Part shown: one piece after another, positions 1-9,113 of the stretch
How the letters are laid out: every line of letters begins with the position of its first letter
Numbering within the stretch: position 1 is the first letter of the stretch
Source: Thermoplasmata archaeon
GTDB lineage: Archaea > Thermoplasmatota > E2 > JACPAO01 > JAHFTW01
Direction of reading: 5' to 3'
Length of the DNA: 64,000 nt
NCBI GenBank assembly: GCA_034667725.1
Contig: JAXDQS010000001.1
Coordinates: forward strand, 256,001-320,000
Made by a program: the position numbers and the translations under genes
Notes under the pieces: generated by a model
Databases searched by the model: none
Told to the model about the DNA's origin: nothing
What the model saw: only the letters and a program-made list of their open reading frames with translations

Positions 1-213
1 GGCGTCCTCGCCCTCGTCTGGGGCGGCGCGATGGAAGGCCGCCTCAACGGCAAGCTGGGCAAGCTGGCCCGCCGCGTCGAAGGCAAGGCCGCCGACCCCG
101 GCCTGGAGGCCGAGATGACCCTGCTGGGCGGCAAGCTCCGCGGCGCCACCCGCGTCAGCGGCGCCCTCCTCTTGGTCGCCATCTTCGGCATGTCCACCTT
201 CCAGTACTTCTGA
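1..213 (+). CDS. C-terminal part of a membrane protein (5' end outside window)
   Basis: Frame open from base 1 to TGA at 211-213; GC3-rich codons; hydrophobic segments (GVLALVWGG; SGALLLVAIFGM). Confidence 0.6.
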   Translation, partial: GVLALVWGGAMEGRLNGKLGKLARRVEGKAADPGLEAEMTLLGGKLRGATRVSGALLLVAIFGMSTFQYF

Positions 214-233
214 GGGCGCCCGGGACCCGCCCC

Positions 234-241
234 GTTTAACT
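234..241 (+). promoter_or_regulatory. TATA-like box for a leaderless DUF4382 gene
   Basis: GTTTAACT in GC-rich context, about 24-30 nt before ATG 264; no SD sequence. Confidence 0.4.
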
Positions 242-263
242 TGGCCGGGCCTTGGCGCCCGCC

Positions 264-809
264 ATGCGAACCTTCGGCGCCCTCACTGCCCTCGCCCTTG
301 CCCTGACCGCGCTTGCCGGCTGCTCCAGCTCCGGCGGCGACGGCACCCTCAACGTCCACGTCACCGACGCCCCCGGCGCCATCGGCGACTTCACCAGCCT
401 CACCATCACCGTCTCCAGCATCGAGCTCAAGCACAAGGGCAACGACGGCGTCGAGAAGACCGACGCCTACACCCCCGACGACAAGGAGTTCGACCTCGCC
501 AAGCTCACCAACGGCAACGTCACCACCATCTTCGGCGGCAAGGTCGCCAACGGCACCTACACCAAGATGGAGTTCATCGTCGCGAGCGCCACGGGCGTCC
601 TTGCGGCCGACGGCAAGACCGTCCAGGTCGACGCGCCCAAGGGCAGCATCTTCGTCAACACCCAGTTCACCGTCGGCGACGGCTCCGAGGTCGACTTCGT
701 GTTCGACATCCACGTGGTCGCCAAGGGCAACGGCGGCTACTCGCTCCAGCCCAACGCCGGCGGCAGCAAGGTCGTGGCGAAGCCCACCAACGGCAAGATT
801 CCGCAGTGA
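264..809 (+). CDS. DUF4382-domain lipoprotein
   Basis: Lipobox LAGC, then GTLNVHVTDAP...FDLAKLT...GTYTKMEF...DFVFDI, the typical DUF4382 pattern. Confidence 0.8.
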   Translation: MRTFGALTALALALTALAGCSSSGGDGTLNVHVTDAPGAIGDFTSLTITVSSIELKHKGNDGVEKTDAYTPDDKEFDLAKLTNGNVTTIFGGKVANGTYTKMEFIVASATGVLAADGKTVQVDAPKGSIFVNTQFTVGDGSEVDFVFDIHVVAKGNGGYSLQPNAGGSKVVAKPTNGKIPQ

Positions 810-853
810 AGCGCTCCCGAAGCCTCTATGCGTCCCGGCGGGGCTGGGCACCC

Positions 854-2056
854 ATGGACAACGCGCACCCGACCCCGAAGGCGCTTGGCTGGACCTGGAA
901 GGTGGCCCGCGACTGGTCCCGCGGGTGGCGCTTCCACGTCGGGCTGCCGGTCCTTGTTGCCGTGATTCCGTTCTTGGCCTTCGTGGCCGTCGGGCGGCAG
1001 GAGGGGACGCTCTGGCTGCCGAACGTGGACGGGGTGCACAACAACGGCCTGTTCGAGGATCCCATCTTCCTGGCCTACTTCCCGGTGGCGTGGCTGCTGC
1101 TCTACTCCGCGCGCCACATCGTGCGCAGCGCCCGCGATCTTCGGAAGGCCCTTCCGTTCGTCGTGCGGCACGACGGCAGGTCGACGCTCACGGAGGCCCG
1201 CTTCAAGGAGATGGGCGACTACTACGACGTCCTCTTGGCCAGGATGGCGCTCCAAAAGGTTCCCCCGCAAGGCAAGGCCCCCGACTCCTGCAAGGGACTG
1301 TCCCTGGCCGTCCGCGTCCTGGTCCCGCTCACCTTCGCCGTCGCCGGCCTGTTCCTCGCCCTCAGCACTTACCAGCACTGGAACGCGCAGCAGGCCTACG
1401 GCTTCGACATCTGGGCCTCCTCCCACCATCTGCTCGGCTTCTGCCTGCGCCTGGCCTTCGAGACCGTCCTGTACCCCTTCATGGCGATCGTGGTCTCGCA
1501 GCTGCTCGTGGCCATCTGCATCATGCAGCACGCCCTGCGCACCCTGCGGAGCCACGACGCCATCCGCTACGTCCGCTTCGCCCACGACCGCGCCGGCGGC
1601 TTCGCCGAGTTCGGCGAGCACTCCCTCATGCACGTCGTGGCCATGCTGCCGTTCCTGCTGCTCATCCTGGCTTACGTGGTCTTCTACCCCTCCACTGGAA
1701 TCCTCTGGGTCGGCCTCGTGGTCTACCTCGTCGGCCTGCCTTTGATCTTCTTCCTGCCGCTGGCCGGCGCCCGGCGCGCGATGGGGCAGGCCCGCCGCAA
1801 CGAGCTGGAGATGGTCGGCGGCGCCGTCGGCAAGCACTACGACCAGCTCAAGGCGAGCCTCGGCAAGGACGACCTGGCCGCGGTCGAGCGTGAAGCCGGC
1901 CTCGTCAGCGAAGGCGAGAAGGTGTTCCAGGCCGTCGCCGACCAGTCGTGCTGGCCGTTCAGCACCAGCCTGCTGGCCCGGTTCGGCTCCATCACGGCCG
2001 GCCTCTGGGGGATTGCCCTGCCCAACATCCTCGCCATGCTCGGCTGGGTCGGGTGA
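854..2056 (+). CDS. Multi-pass membrane protein, unknown function
   Basis: About 6-7 hydrophobic helices; DRAGGF and C-terminal WPF motifs; good codon bias. Confidence 0.7.
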   Translation: MDNAHPTPKALGWTWKVARDWSRGWRFHVGLPVLVAVIPFLAFVAVGRQEGTLWLPNVDGVHNNGLFEDPIFLAYFPVAWLLLYSARHIVRSARDLRKALPFVVRHDGRSTLTEARFKEMGDYYDVLLARMALQKVPPQGKAPDSCKGLSLAVRVLVPLTFAVAGLFLALSTYQHWNAQQAYGFDIWASSHHLLGFCLRLAFETVLYPFMAIVVSQLLVAICIMQHALRTLRSHDAIRYVRFAHDRAGGFAEFGEHSLMHVVAMLPFLLLILAYVVFYPSTGILWVGLVVYLVGLPLIFFLPLAGARRAMGQARRNELEMVGGAVGKHYDQLKASLGKDDLAAVEREAGLVSEGEKVFQAVADQSCWPFSTSLLARFGSITAGLWGIALPNILAMLGWVG

Positions 2057-2059
2057 GCC

Positions 2060-2617
2060 GTGCAGCCCATCGGGCGCCAGCCGACCTGGGTCCCGCAGAC
2101 CGCCGGGGACCGCGCCGGGGTCGTCGCCTTCGGCGTCCTGTACGTCATCCTGTACGCTCCCCTCCACATCCTCCACCGCCTGCTCGGCTGGACCCGCGTC
2201 CCGTGGCTCGCGCTCGACCTCCTCTCCCTGCCCGGGCGCCTCTACATGGTCGTCGTCAGCCCCTTCGGCCCCCGCGCCAAGGCCCACGGCCAGAAGGCCA
2301 ACGCCCTGGCGCACACCGAATTGGTCTGCCGCCTCTGCCCCGCCGCCCGCCAAGCCACCCGCGACCCCGCCGGCGGCACCGCCTGCGCCTGGAACCGCGC
2401 CTGGAACGCCGGCCAGTTCGGCATCCCCCCCGACTTCGGGACCCGCAACTACTTCCGCCAGTTCGCTGGCCGCACCGACTTGGCCGCGTACCGCGGGCTC
2501 GGCAAGGATTTGCCGCCCGCGCCGAAGCGGCGGGTCGCCGGCCCGGCGCTGGCGTGGACGTTGAGCCTCGCGTTCTGGGCTATGGCCATCGCGGGGCTCG
2601 TGCTGCTAGTGGGCTGA
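2060..2617 (+). CDS. Hypothetical membrane protein
   Basis: GTG start 3 nt after the upstream stop; N- and C-terminal hydrophobic segments. Confidence 0.55.
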   Translation: MQPIGRQPTWVPQTAGDRAGVVAFGVLYVILYAPLHILHRLLGWTRVPWLALDLLSLPGRLYMVVVSPFGPRAKAHGQKANALAHTELVCRLCPAARQATRDPAGGTACAWNRAWNAGQFGIPPDFGTRNYFRQFAGRTDLAAYRGLGKDLPPAPKRRVAGPALAWTLSLAFWAMAIAGLVLLVG

Positions 2618-2732
2618 AGGCGCAAACGGGGTCGTGGCGGCCAGCTTGCCGGCTGCATGGGTCTTTGAGCGCCTCCCTGCCTGCACCCTCGGTTTCGGCC
2701 CCCCCGCCGGAGCCAAGACAAGGAGCAAGCAC

Positions 2733-5483
2733 ATGACCACAACCACGCACGGTCCCGCACGGGGCCGCCTTCTCCTGCTCGGCCTGGGTGCCGCCGCCCT
2801 CGTGGCCGTGCTGGCCGCCGCCGCGCCGCACGCGAACGCTTCCGCCATCATCGACAACGGCGTCGTCCAGCTCGGCGTGGACGACTACGGCCAGCTCAAC
2901 ATCCCCGGCCCGCCCTCCTCCGGCGGCGTGGCCGTGGTCGGACTGCGCTTCATGCCCACCAACGGCGAATCGACCTCGCCCGGCTGCCTGTGCGAAGGCT
3001 GGGGCGTCTCCTACGACAACACCGTCGAGGGCTTCGCCGACAACGCCATGGGCGGCCCTAACGGCTGCATCGCCCCCGTGTCGTTCACCTCGACGGCCAC
3101 CACCGCGGTCTCGGTCGTCGATGTTTGCGACCTGCGCGTCACGCATGACTTCCACCCCTCGCCGGCGACCCCGAACCTGTACGAAGTGGACGTCTCCATC
3201 GAGAACCGCGGCACCGTGGCCCACGGCGACGTGCTCTACCGCCGCGCCATGGACTGGGACGTCGAGCCCACCGCCTTCAGCGAGTACAGCACCATCGACT
3301 TCGTGGGCCCCACGCCCCCCGTCGAGCTGGTGCAGTCCTCCAACAACGGCTTCGCCGTGCCCAGCCCGCTGTCCACCATGGGCGGCACCCCGGGGCCCTT
3401 CACGGACCTCGGCCCCACCGACCACGGCGCCGCCTTCGACTTCAGCTTCGGCTCCGTGCTCCCCGGCATGACGGTCCAGTTCCGCGCCTACTACGGCGCC
3501 GCCCAGGACGAGGCCACCGCCGACTCGGCCCGCATCGCGGCCGGCGTGCAGCTCTGGTCGTACGGCCAGTGCAACAAGGCCATCGACCCCGCCTGCGACG
3601 AGACCACCGGCACCCCCAACACCTTCATCTTCGGCTTCGGCGCCCTCACGCCCAGCCGCTGCGACCAGGTGGCCAAGACCGGGCGGGCCTTCATCGCGCA
3701 CGCCCACAACTGGGACGTCGGCAACACGGGCTACCTCGGCCCCGCCGACACCTGGGTCGTGGACTCCGGCGACATGTTCACCTACGCCCCGATGGCCCTC
3801 GACGCCACCACGGCCACCTACAGCGGCCCCCTGATGGACGCCGACGTGCTGTTTGCGCGCACCACGGCCCAGGCCTGCGCCTCGACGGCCCGCACCGCGG
3901 TCGCCCACCTCGTGTCGGGCCCCGCCGCGCCGGTGCCGTTCGAGGTCAAGCTGGGCGAGGTCGTCTCGTCGAGCGACTGCCGCGGCCACAGCGGCTCAAC
4001 CACGCTGGCCTACCTCATGGTCAACAGCGTCGTGCTCATCGACACCACCAACCAGCCGCCGCCCAACACCAAGATCCTGCTCGGGCCCGTCACGGTGACC
4101 CTGAACGAGCACCGCGTGAGCCCCGGCGTCCTGGAGGTCAACGCGGTCCACATCGAGGTGCCCGGCGTCGCGGACGTCCGCGTCCTGTCGGCCCGCAGCG
4201 ACATCCATGGCTGCGGCCGCAGCATCCCCGAGGCGTGCGGCCTCACCGTCGGCATCGACGCCGCCCTCAAGCCGGTCGCCGAGACCTGCTGGCCGCCCTG
4301 CGACCTGCGCACCCTCAACGCCCAGGCCCTGCCGTGCCAGCCCTGCGTCGGCGGCCTGGCGGGCATCCTGGAGTGCGCCTGCCAGCCCATCGGCGCCGGC
4401 ATCCCGACCGACGGAGGGATCGGCGGCGGCACCGGCGCGGACCCCAAGCTGTGCTGCCAGGCCCTCACGCCCATCGACGGCCTCGACACCACCATCGGCG
4501 GCCCCGGCGTGCCCGGCCCCTGCCTGCCGTGCCGGACCATCCTCCCCGGCACGCACGCCCTGCCGCCGTTGACCCTTACGACGACGCGCAACGTGGTCAC
4601 GAGCGACTGCCCATGCCCGGCGGTGCTCGGCGTGGACCTCGACCCTGCGGTGCCGAGCGGTCGGGCCTATGCCAGCCTCGACTGCGGCCCGTGCCGCGTG
4701 AACGCCATCGAGGATTTGGACGGCTCCGTGCCGGCCCAGCGCGGCACGGGGACGGTCCTCTGCGACCCGTGCCCGCTGCTGCCGCCCAACGTGGCCGCCG
4801 CCATCCCGTGCCGCCCTTGCCGGCTGACGTTCGGGCACGACGAGCGCGTGGCGCCCCCCAGCGCCTTCGCGTTCGCCGACCTCGATTGCATGCCGTGCCT
4901 CGTGCGGGCCCAGGAGATGCTCGACGGCACGACGCCGTGGCAGCACGGCGACGGCTCCGTCGAGTGCGATCCGTGCGAACTGTTGCCGCCCACCATCGCG
5001 GCCATGCTGCCGTGCATGCCATGCCGCATCACGTACCTCCACGACGAGGGCGTCTCCCCGACCGCCACCGCCACGGTGACGTTCGACTGCGGCCCGTGCC
5101 GTGTCACCTCCGGCCTCAAGCTGGACGCGCTGACCCTCACGGAGTTCCTGTTCGGCGACGTCCAATGCCACGGCTGCCTCGTGAGCGGCATGAGCCCGGT
5201 GCCCGACGTCTGCGTCGGCTGCGACGTCCACGCGGACGAGGACGGCGTCACCCCGGCCCTGCCGCCCGCGACCGTGGCGACCGTCACGCTGAGCACCGCC
5301 TGCACGCACTGCGTCGGCTCGCCCTGCATCGTGCCGGCCTGCCCGCCGGTCGATCCAGCCGACCCGTGCGGCCTCGGCCCCGTGCCGCCGCCCCCGCCGC
5401 CCAGCACGCTGCCCGTCGTCGGCCCCGTCCTGGCGCCCCTGGACCCCGTCGTCCAGGCCGTGCTGGACCTGCTGGGCCTCTGA
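2733..5483 (+). CDS. Large secreted Cys/Pro-rich surface protein (beta-rich N-domain, choice-of-anchor-P-like middle domain, CxPC repeat tail)
   Basis: AGGAG SD before ATG 2733; signal peptide ending ANA-S; PPPNTKI...VTLNE...VNAVHI segment; many CxPC motifs in the C-terminal half. Confidence 0.75.
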   Translation: MTTTTHGPARGRLLLLGLGAAALVAVLAAAAPHANASAIIDNGVVQLGVDDYGQLNIPGPPSSGGVAVVGLRFMPTNGESTSPGCLCEGWGVSYDNTVEGFADNAMGGPNGCIAPVSFTSTATTAVSVVDVCDLRVTHDFHPSPATPNLYEVDVSIENRGTVAHGDVLYRRAMDWDVEPTAFSEYSTIDFVGPTPPVELVQSSNNGFAVPSPLSTMGGTPGPFTDLGPTDHGAAFDFSFGSVLPGMTVQFRAYYGAAQDEATADSARIAAGVQLWSYGQCNKAIDPACDETTGTPNTFIFGFGALTPSRCDQVAKTGRAFIAHAHNWDVGNTGYLGPADTWVVDSGDMFTYAPMALDATTATYSGPLMDADVLFARTTAQACASTARTAVAHLVSGPAAPVPFEVKLGEVVSSSDCRGHSGSTTLAYLMVNSVVLIDTTNQPPPNTKILLGPVTVTLNEHRVSPGVLEVNAVHIEVPGVADVRVLSARSDIHGCGRSIPEACGLTVGIDAALKPVAETCWPPCDLRTLNAQALPCQPCVGGLAGILECACQPIGAGIPTDGGIGGGTGADPKLCCQALTPIDGLDTTIGGPGVPGPCLPCRTILPGTHALPPLTLTTTRNVVTSDCPCPAVLGVDLDPAVPSGRAYASLDCGPCRVNAIEDLDGSVPAQRGTGTVLCDPCPLLPPNVAAAIPCRPCRLTFGHDERVAPPSAFAFADLDCMPCLVRAQEMLDGTTPWQHGDGSVECDPCELLPPTIAAMLPCMPCRITYLHDEGVSPTATATVTFDCGPCRVTSGLKLDALTLTEFLFGDVQCHGCLVSGMSPVPDVCVGCDVHADEDGVTPALPPATVATVTLSTACTHCVGSPCIVPACPPVDPADPCGLGPVPPPPPPSTLPVVGPVLAPLDPVVQAVLDLLGL
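4677..5105 (+). repeat. Internal 67-68 aa Cys-rich coding repeat (about 2.3 copies)
   Basis: (L/F)DC(G/M)PC starts at 4677, 4881 and 5082; the two full copies share CDPC.LLPP..AA..PC.PCR.T..HDE.V.P. Confidence 0.75.
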
Positions 5484-5491
5484 GGCATACG

Positions 5492-5522
5492 GCCCTTTTT
5501 CCCCTCCTTCCCCTCCTCCTTC
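5492..5522 (+). terminator. Pyrimidine-rich, archaeal-type terminator tract
   Basis: CCCTTTTTCCCTCCTTCCCCTCCTCCTT immediately after the stop codon; similar tracts follow other genes in the window. Confidence 0.5.
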
Positions 5523-6252
5523 AGTTCCCAGCCACGCATCCGCAAGGCGTCCTGCGCGTGTCCTCGATCCAACGGGGGCGTGCCAGCAGGCCATACGTCG
5601 GGGTCCAAGTGGCTTCCATGACCAAGGGGCCGGTGGGGGTCGTGAAGGGCAGCACGCTTCGGTTGCAGGCGTCGGGGCGGGTGGCGTCCTGGGGACGCGC
5701 ATCGGCAAGCGTCCAATCCAACAAGCCGCGTGCCAAAGCCTCGGCCGCCGGGCTCGCCAGGAACCGGCGCAACGTCGCACGCCCGACTCCGGACTCTTGG
5801 CGGAGGCTGTGGCGCAGGAAGGCGCGCGTCAAGGCTTGATGCAGCATCTCGTGGGGGCTCGCCTTCGGGCGGCCCCGCCCAGGCGGAGGCGGATTCGCGG
5901 CGGGACTGGCATCCAGCATCCGGGCCAGCAGGACCGGCCAGCGTTCCGGCAGGAGCCGCGCCGCTTCGGCCTCCAAGGCTTCGCGGCGAACGGCCGTCGC
6001 GGTCGCCGGGAGCCGAACGGCGCCGACGATCTCCAGGACCGCCAGGATGTGCGCGCAGGGCTTGGCGTCATGGTGGCGGCGGTCGCTGCTGCACCGCCAT
6101 CCCGCGCCGCGCCGATAGACCCGCACCGACGCGGCATCGGGGCGCGTGCCTTGGACGCGGTAATGGTCCGCGTCCAGGCGCACCACGCCCGAGGCCGCAA
6201 GGATGCAGCGCGCCGCCTGCAACGTGCGGCGCGGCAAGTCTAGGTTTGCCAT
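5521..6252 (-). CDS. SWIM-finger protein, truncated non-catalytic paralog of the adjacent transposase
   Basis: WRCSSD...PCAHILAV finger, GRP motif and YGLLA segment are collinear with the N-half of 6240-7754; no DDE triad; start overlaps the transposase stop. Confidence 0.6.
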   Translation of the reverse strand: MANLDLPRRTLQAARCILAASGVVRLDADHYRVQGTRPDAASVRVYRRGAGWRCSSDRRHHDAKPCAHILAVLEIVGAVRLPATATAVRREALEAEAARLLPERWPVLLARMLDASPAANPPPPGRGRPKASPHEMLHQALTRAFLRHSLRQESGVGRATLRRFLASPAAEALARGLLDWTLADARPQDATRPDACNRSVLPFTTPTGPLVMEATWTPTYGLLARPRWIEDTRRTPCGCVAGN

Positions 6253-7754
6253 TCTGGACGCACCCCTCCGTCGCCCTTCGGCGGATACTTGCGGCGAAGC
6301 TCCGGCTCAAGCTCGGCCGCACTTCGCCACGGCTTGGCCTTGATGCGATCCGCGCCGCCTGTGAAGTCGAGCTTGACCTTCTCGCCATAGCGTTCCCGCG
6401 CCATGACAAGGCGCGTGATGTTCCACCCGATGACCATGCACGCCACTTCGACCTCCAGGCTGGTCCGGTCCTTCGAGTTGCGGCGTCCCCGGCAAAACAC
6501 CTCGTCCCCGAGGCGGGCCTTGAAGGCGGCGTTGCCGTTCTCGGCTGCGTTGCGGCGCCCATGCCGGGCCGCGGCGCCGTCCGGGTCCATCAGCTCCGCG
6601 ATCATGGCGGCCTTGCGGTACTTCTTCTTCTCCGACGAGTCGGTCGGGATTCCCGTGTCGCGGGTGGGGATGTGCGCCTCCAGGTCGTTCTTGGCGGCAT
6701 ACTGGAAAATGTAGTTGGCATCATAGGCCCGGTCGCCGCCGAAGGCTTTCAGGTCCAGCATGAAGCGGGCCTGCTCCAGCAAGGCAAGGAACTTCGGCGC
6801 CTCATGGAACGGCGTGGATTGGAAGTGCCACGCCGCGATCAGGCCCGACTGGTAGGCCCACAAGAACTCGGCATAGGCCCAGGTGTGCAGGCGCGGCTTC
6901 TCTTTCCCCGCCGCGAGGCGCTTGGCCTCGCGCTCAACTTGGCGTGCCCGGAGGCGGCGGTCGCGGGCCGACAACACGGCGTTGGCGGGAACGTTGGCGA
7001 GCCGGGCTTCGCGGGCCTTTTGGATCTTGGACTTCTTCTTAGTCTTCGGCTTCTTTCCCCGGTATCGTTCATCATAGTAGGCATGGAAGTGCTGGGGCGA
7101 CAACCCGGTTCCATCCGGATAGATGATGCGCTCCAACTCGCGCACCGGCCAGAGCGAGATGGCGCCAAGCATCTTCAGCACCCGCAAGGCCTCCGGGTCG
7201 GCGTGGAACAATCCAAGCGTCGAGGCCGCGCAAGCGCCCCACGGGTTCGATAGGCCGGTGCTGGCCTCCATGTTCATCCGGTGCCACACGCGGTAAACGG
7301 CCTGATACACGGCGGCTTCCCACCGCCGGGGCCGCCCCGCCTTCGACGCATCGGGCTTGGCAAGGATGGCCGGCACGCCCACGCGCACGAGATCTTCGAG
7401 AACCTGCGGGAAGGCTTGCGCCATGCGGCGCCAGGCGCGGCGCTCTGCGCTGCGGTCGCGGCCCTTGCGCTCCACGCCGGCGCTCGTGTCGGGCATCTGG
7501 ATATGATCCAGGCGCACGAAGACTAGCACCATGTGGATGCAAGGCGCGTCCTGGTTCGGAACGTTGCTGCCGCCGTGGTCCGAGTCGCACTTCCACAAGC
7601 CATCCTCCAGCCACACGCGAACCCGACGGTTGCCGGTCGATGGTCCTAGGACGCCATACTCATCGCGGCCCCATCGAAGCACGGCGTCCGGTTCTTGCAG
7701 GAGCGTTAGCGCGTCCTGGCGGGTTTGAGGGGCGAGGTGGCGGAACTCAAGCAC
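6240..7754 (-). mobile_element. DDE transposase (IS5/IS4-superfamily-like) with N-terminal SWIM-like zinc finger
   Basis: DGTG (D1), GDRAYD (D2), RRNAAENGNAAFK (E, R-x3-E-x6-K); WKCDSD...PCIH finger. No terminal inverted repeats seen. Confidence 0.75.
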
Positions 7755-8145
7755 CGGCCACCACCCCTTGAACGGGAACGTGCATGAATCGTTGGCAACG
7801 CCTGGGGGTAGTTAGGCACGCGGCTAATTTTGCCACCCCGACTGGCCAAAAAGTGGCTAAAATCTGCCAGTTGCTCCTGGAGATCAGCCGGCCAATCCGG
7901 CTTGACGACCTGGCAAAAAAGCGGCTAAAATGTGGCCAGTTGCTCCTGGAGATCAGCCGGCCAAACAAGGTTCGCCTGGATGAAAAGAGGCTAAAATCCG
8001 GCCAGTTGCTCCTTGAGATTAGCCGGTCAATCCGCCTGGATGATCGGCCGGCTAAAAAGTGGCTAAATTGTGGCCAGTTGCTCCTGTAGATCAGCCGGCT
8101 AATCCGCGTGGACGGCAAGAACGCGGCGGCAAATCTTGGCGTCAT
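7747..8145 (-). CDS. Possible repeat peptide (RLISRSNW x4) encoded by the array
   Basis: ATGA overlap with the upstream gene stop at 8142-8145; stop overlaps the transposase start; repeat spacings are multiples of 3. May be non-coding. Confidence 0.3.
   Translation of the reverse strand: MTPRFAAAFLPSTRISRLIYRSNWPQFSHFLAGRSSRRIDRLISRSNWPDFSLFSSRRTLFGRLISRSNWPHFSRFFARSSSRIGRLISRSNWQILATFWPVGVAKLAACLTTPRRCQRFMHVPVQGVVAGA
7848..8112. repeat. Four-unit degenerate tandem array with 30-bp core GCCAGTTGCTCCTGGAGATCAGCCGGCCAA
   Basis: Cores start at 7866, 7935, 8001 and 8073 (spacing 69, 66, 72). Each is preceded by AAAAG(T/C/A)GGCTAAA. The core is an imperfect dyad centred on CTCC-T-GGAG. Confidence 0.9.
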
Positions 8146-8678
8146 CGCATCATCCCGCCCGGTATGCTGCCCGAAGGGCCGCCCATGCGGACCTCGGGCG
8201 CCGTGGACGCGATGGGGTCGCGGCCGACGCCTGCCGCCAAGACGGCGAGGGCGGCGGCGCCAAGGATGCCCAAGGCGATGCCAAGCGGCGACGGGCCACG
8301 GCGCGTCGGCGCCCGGGCGGAGTGCGGGACGCGCACCGGGCGCGGCGGCGCTTGGGGCGGGGGCACGGCCTCGGGCTCAGGCACGCGCTCCGGCTCGATC
8401 ACGGGGCGCGGCGCATGGACGCGAGGCTCGGGGTCGCGCCACGGCTCGGCCGCGTCGTCCGTCGTGGTGCGGGGCGTGGGCGGGCGCGGCACGCTGTAGG
8501 GCTGGGGCGCGGGCGCCAAGAGCCGGGCCAAGTCCTGCGCTGAAGTCAAGCCCGCGTCCTCGCGGTAAATCCGGTGCGTGTCGTCCTGGACGGTCGCAAG
8601 GTGCCCGCCCCGGCCTTGTTCATCGCGGAAGTCGTTCCGGCCGCACGCGGGGCACGCCAACGGTTCAGCTTCGTTCAT
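8142..8678 (-). CDS. Zinc-finger, Pro-rich, C-terminally membrane-anchored protein
   Basis: GAGGAG SD; CPAC-x13-H-x8-H finger; Pro/Glu-rich linker; helix LGIALGILGAAALAVLAAGV. Confidence 0.65.
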   Translation of the reverse strand: MNEAEPLACPACGRNDFRDEQGRGGHLATVQDDTHRIYREDAGLTSAQDLARLLAPAPQPYSVPRPPTPRTTTDDAAEPWRDPEPRVHAPRPVIEPERVPEPEAVPPPQAPPRPVRVPHSARAPTRRGPSPLGIALGILGAAALAVLAAGVGRDPIASTAPEVRMGGPSGSIPGGMMR

Positions 8679-8984
8679 GCAAATCTCTCCTCAACCAATG
8701 CAGCCGCCAGGAAATATCATCGGGGTAAACCCCCATGGTTTTCGTCCCCGACCGCAACGAAAACGCGCCGCCAACAGGAGGCAGGACGCCAAAATGGAGT
8801 CGTTTTCGGTATGGGCCGGTGTATGGGGTGCGTTTTCGGTTGGTGCCATGCCCCCCGCTGGGTTTCCAAGGTATATGAGGCGGGCAAATGCGATAGGCCG
8901 CAATGCGCCAGCAGCTAGTCGCCGGCCGCAACCTAGCCGAGGGTCGTCCATCCGGGCCGCTGGACTGTCGGGAATGGTCGGCGC

Positions 8985-9100
8985 GTGGTCGGTCGGTCGG
9001 TTCGGCGCGGCTGGACGATCGGTCGGTGAACGGTCGGTCGGTTGTTCGTTCGCGTGGCTGTCCCTGTGTCCCTGTTCGGGTGGGTGTCCCTGTCCCTGTC
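8985..9100. repeat. Low-complexity GGTC(GGTC)n and TGTCCC short repeats
   Basis: Several GGTCGGTCGG runs at 8987-9042, then CTGTCCCTGTGTCC / TGTCCCTGTCCCTGTCC at 9058-9100. Confidence 0.7.
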
Positions 9101-9113
9101 CACGTGGACAAGG

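Noticed and set aside
7848-8112. CRISPR array
   Set aside because: The linkers resemble each other rather than being unique spacers, the repeats are degenerate, and there are no cas genes in the window.
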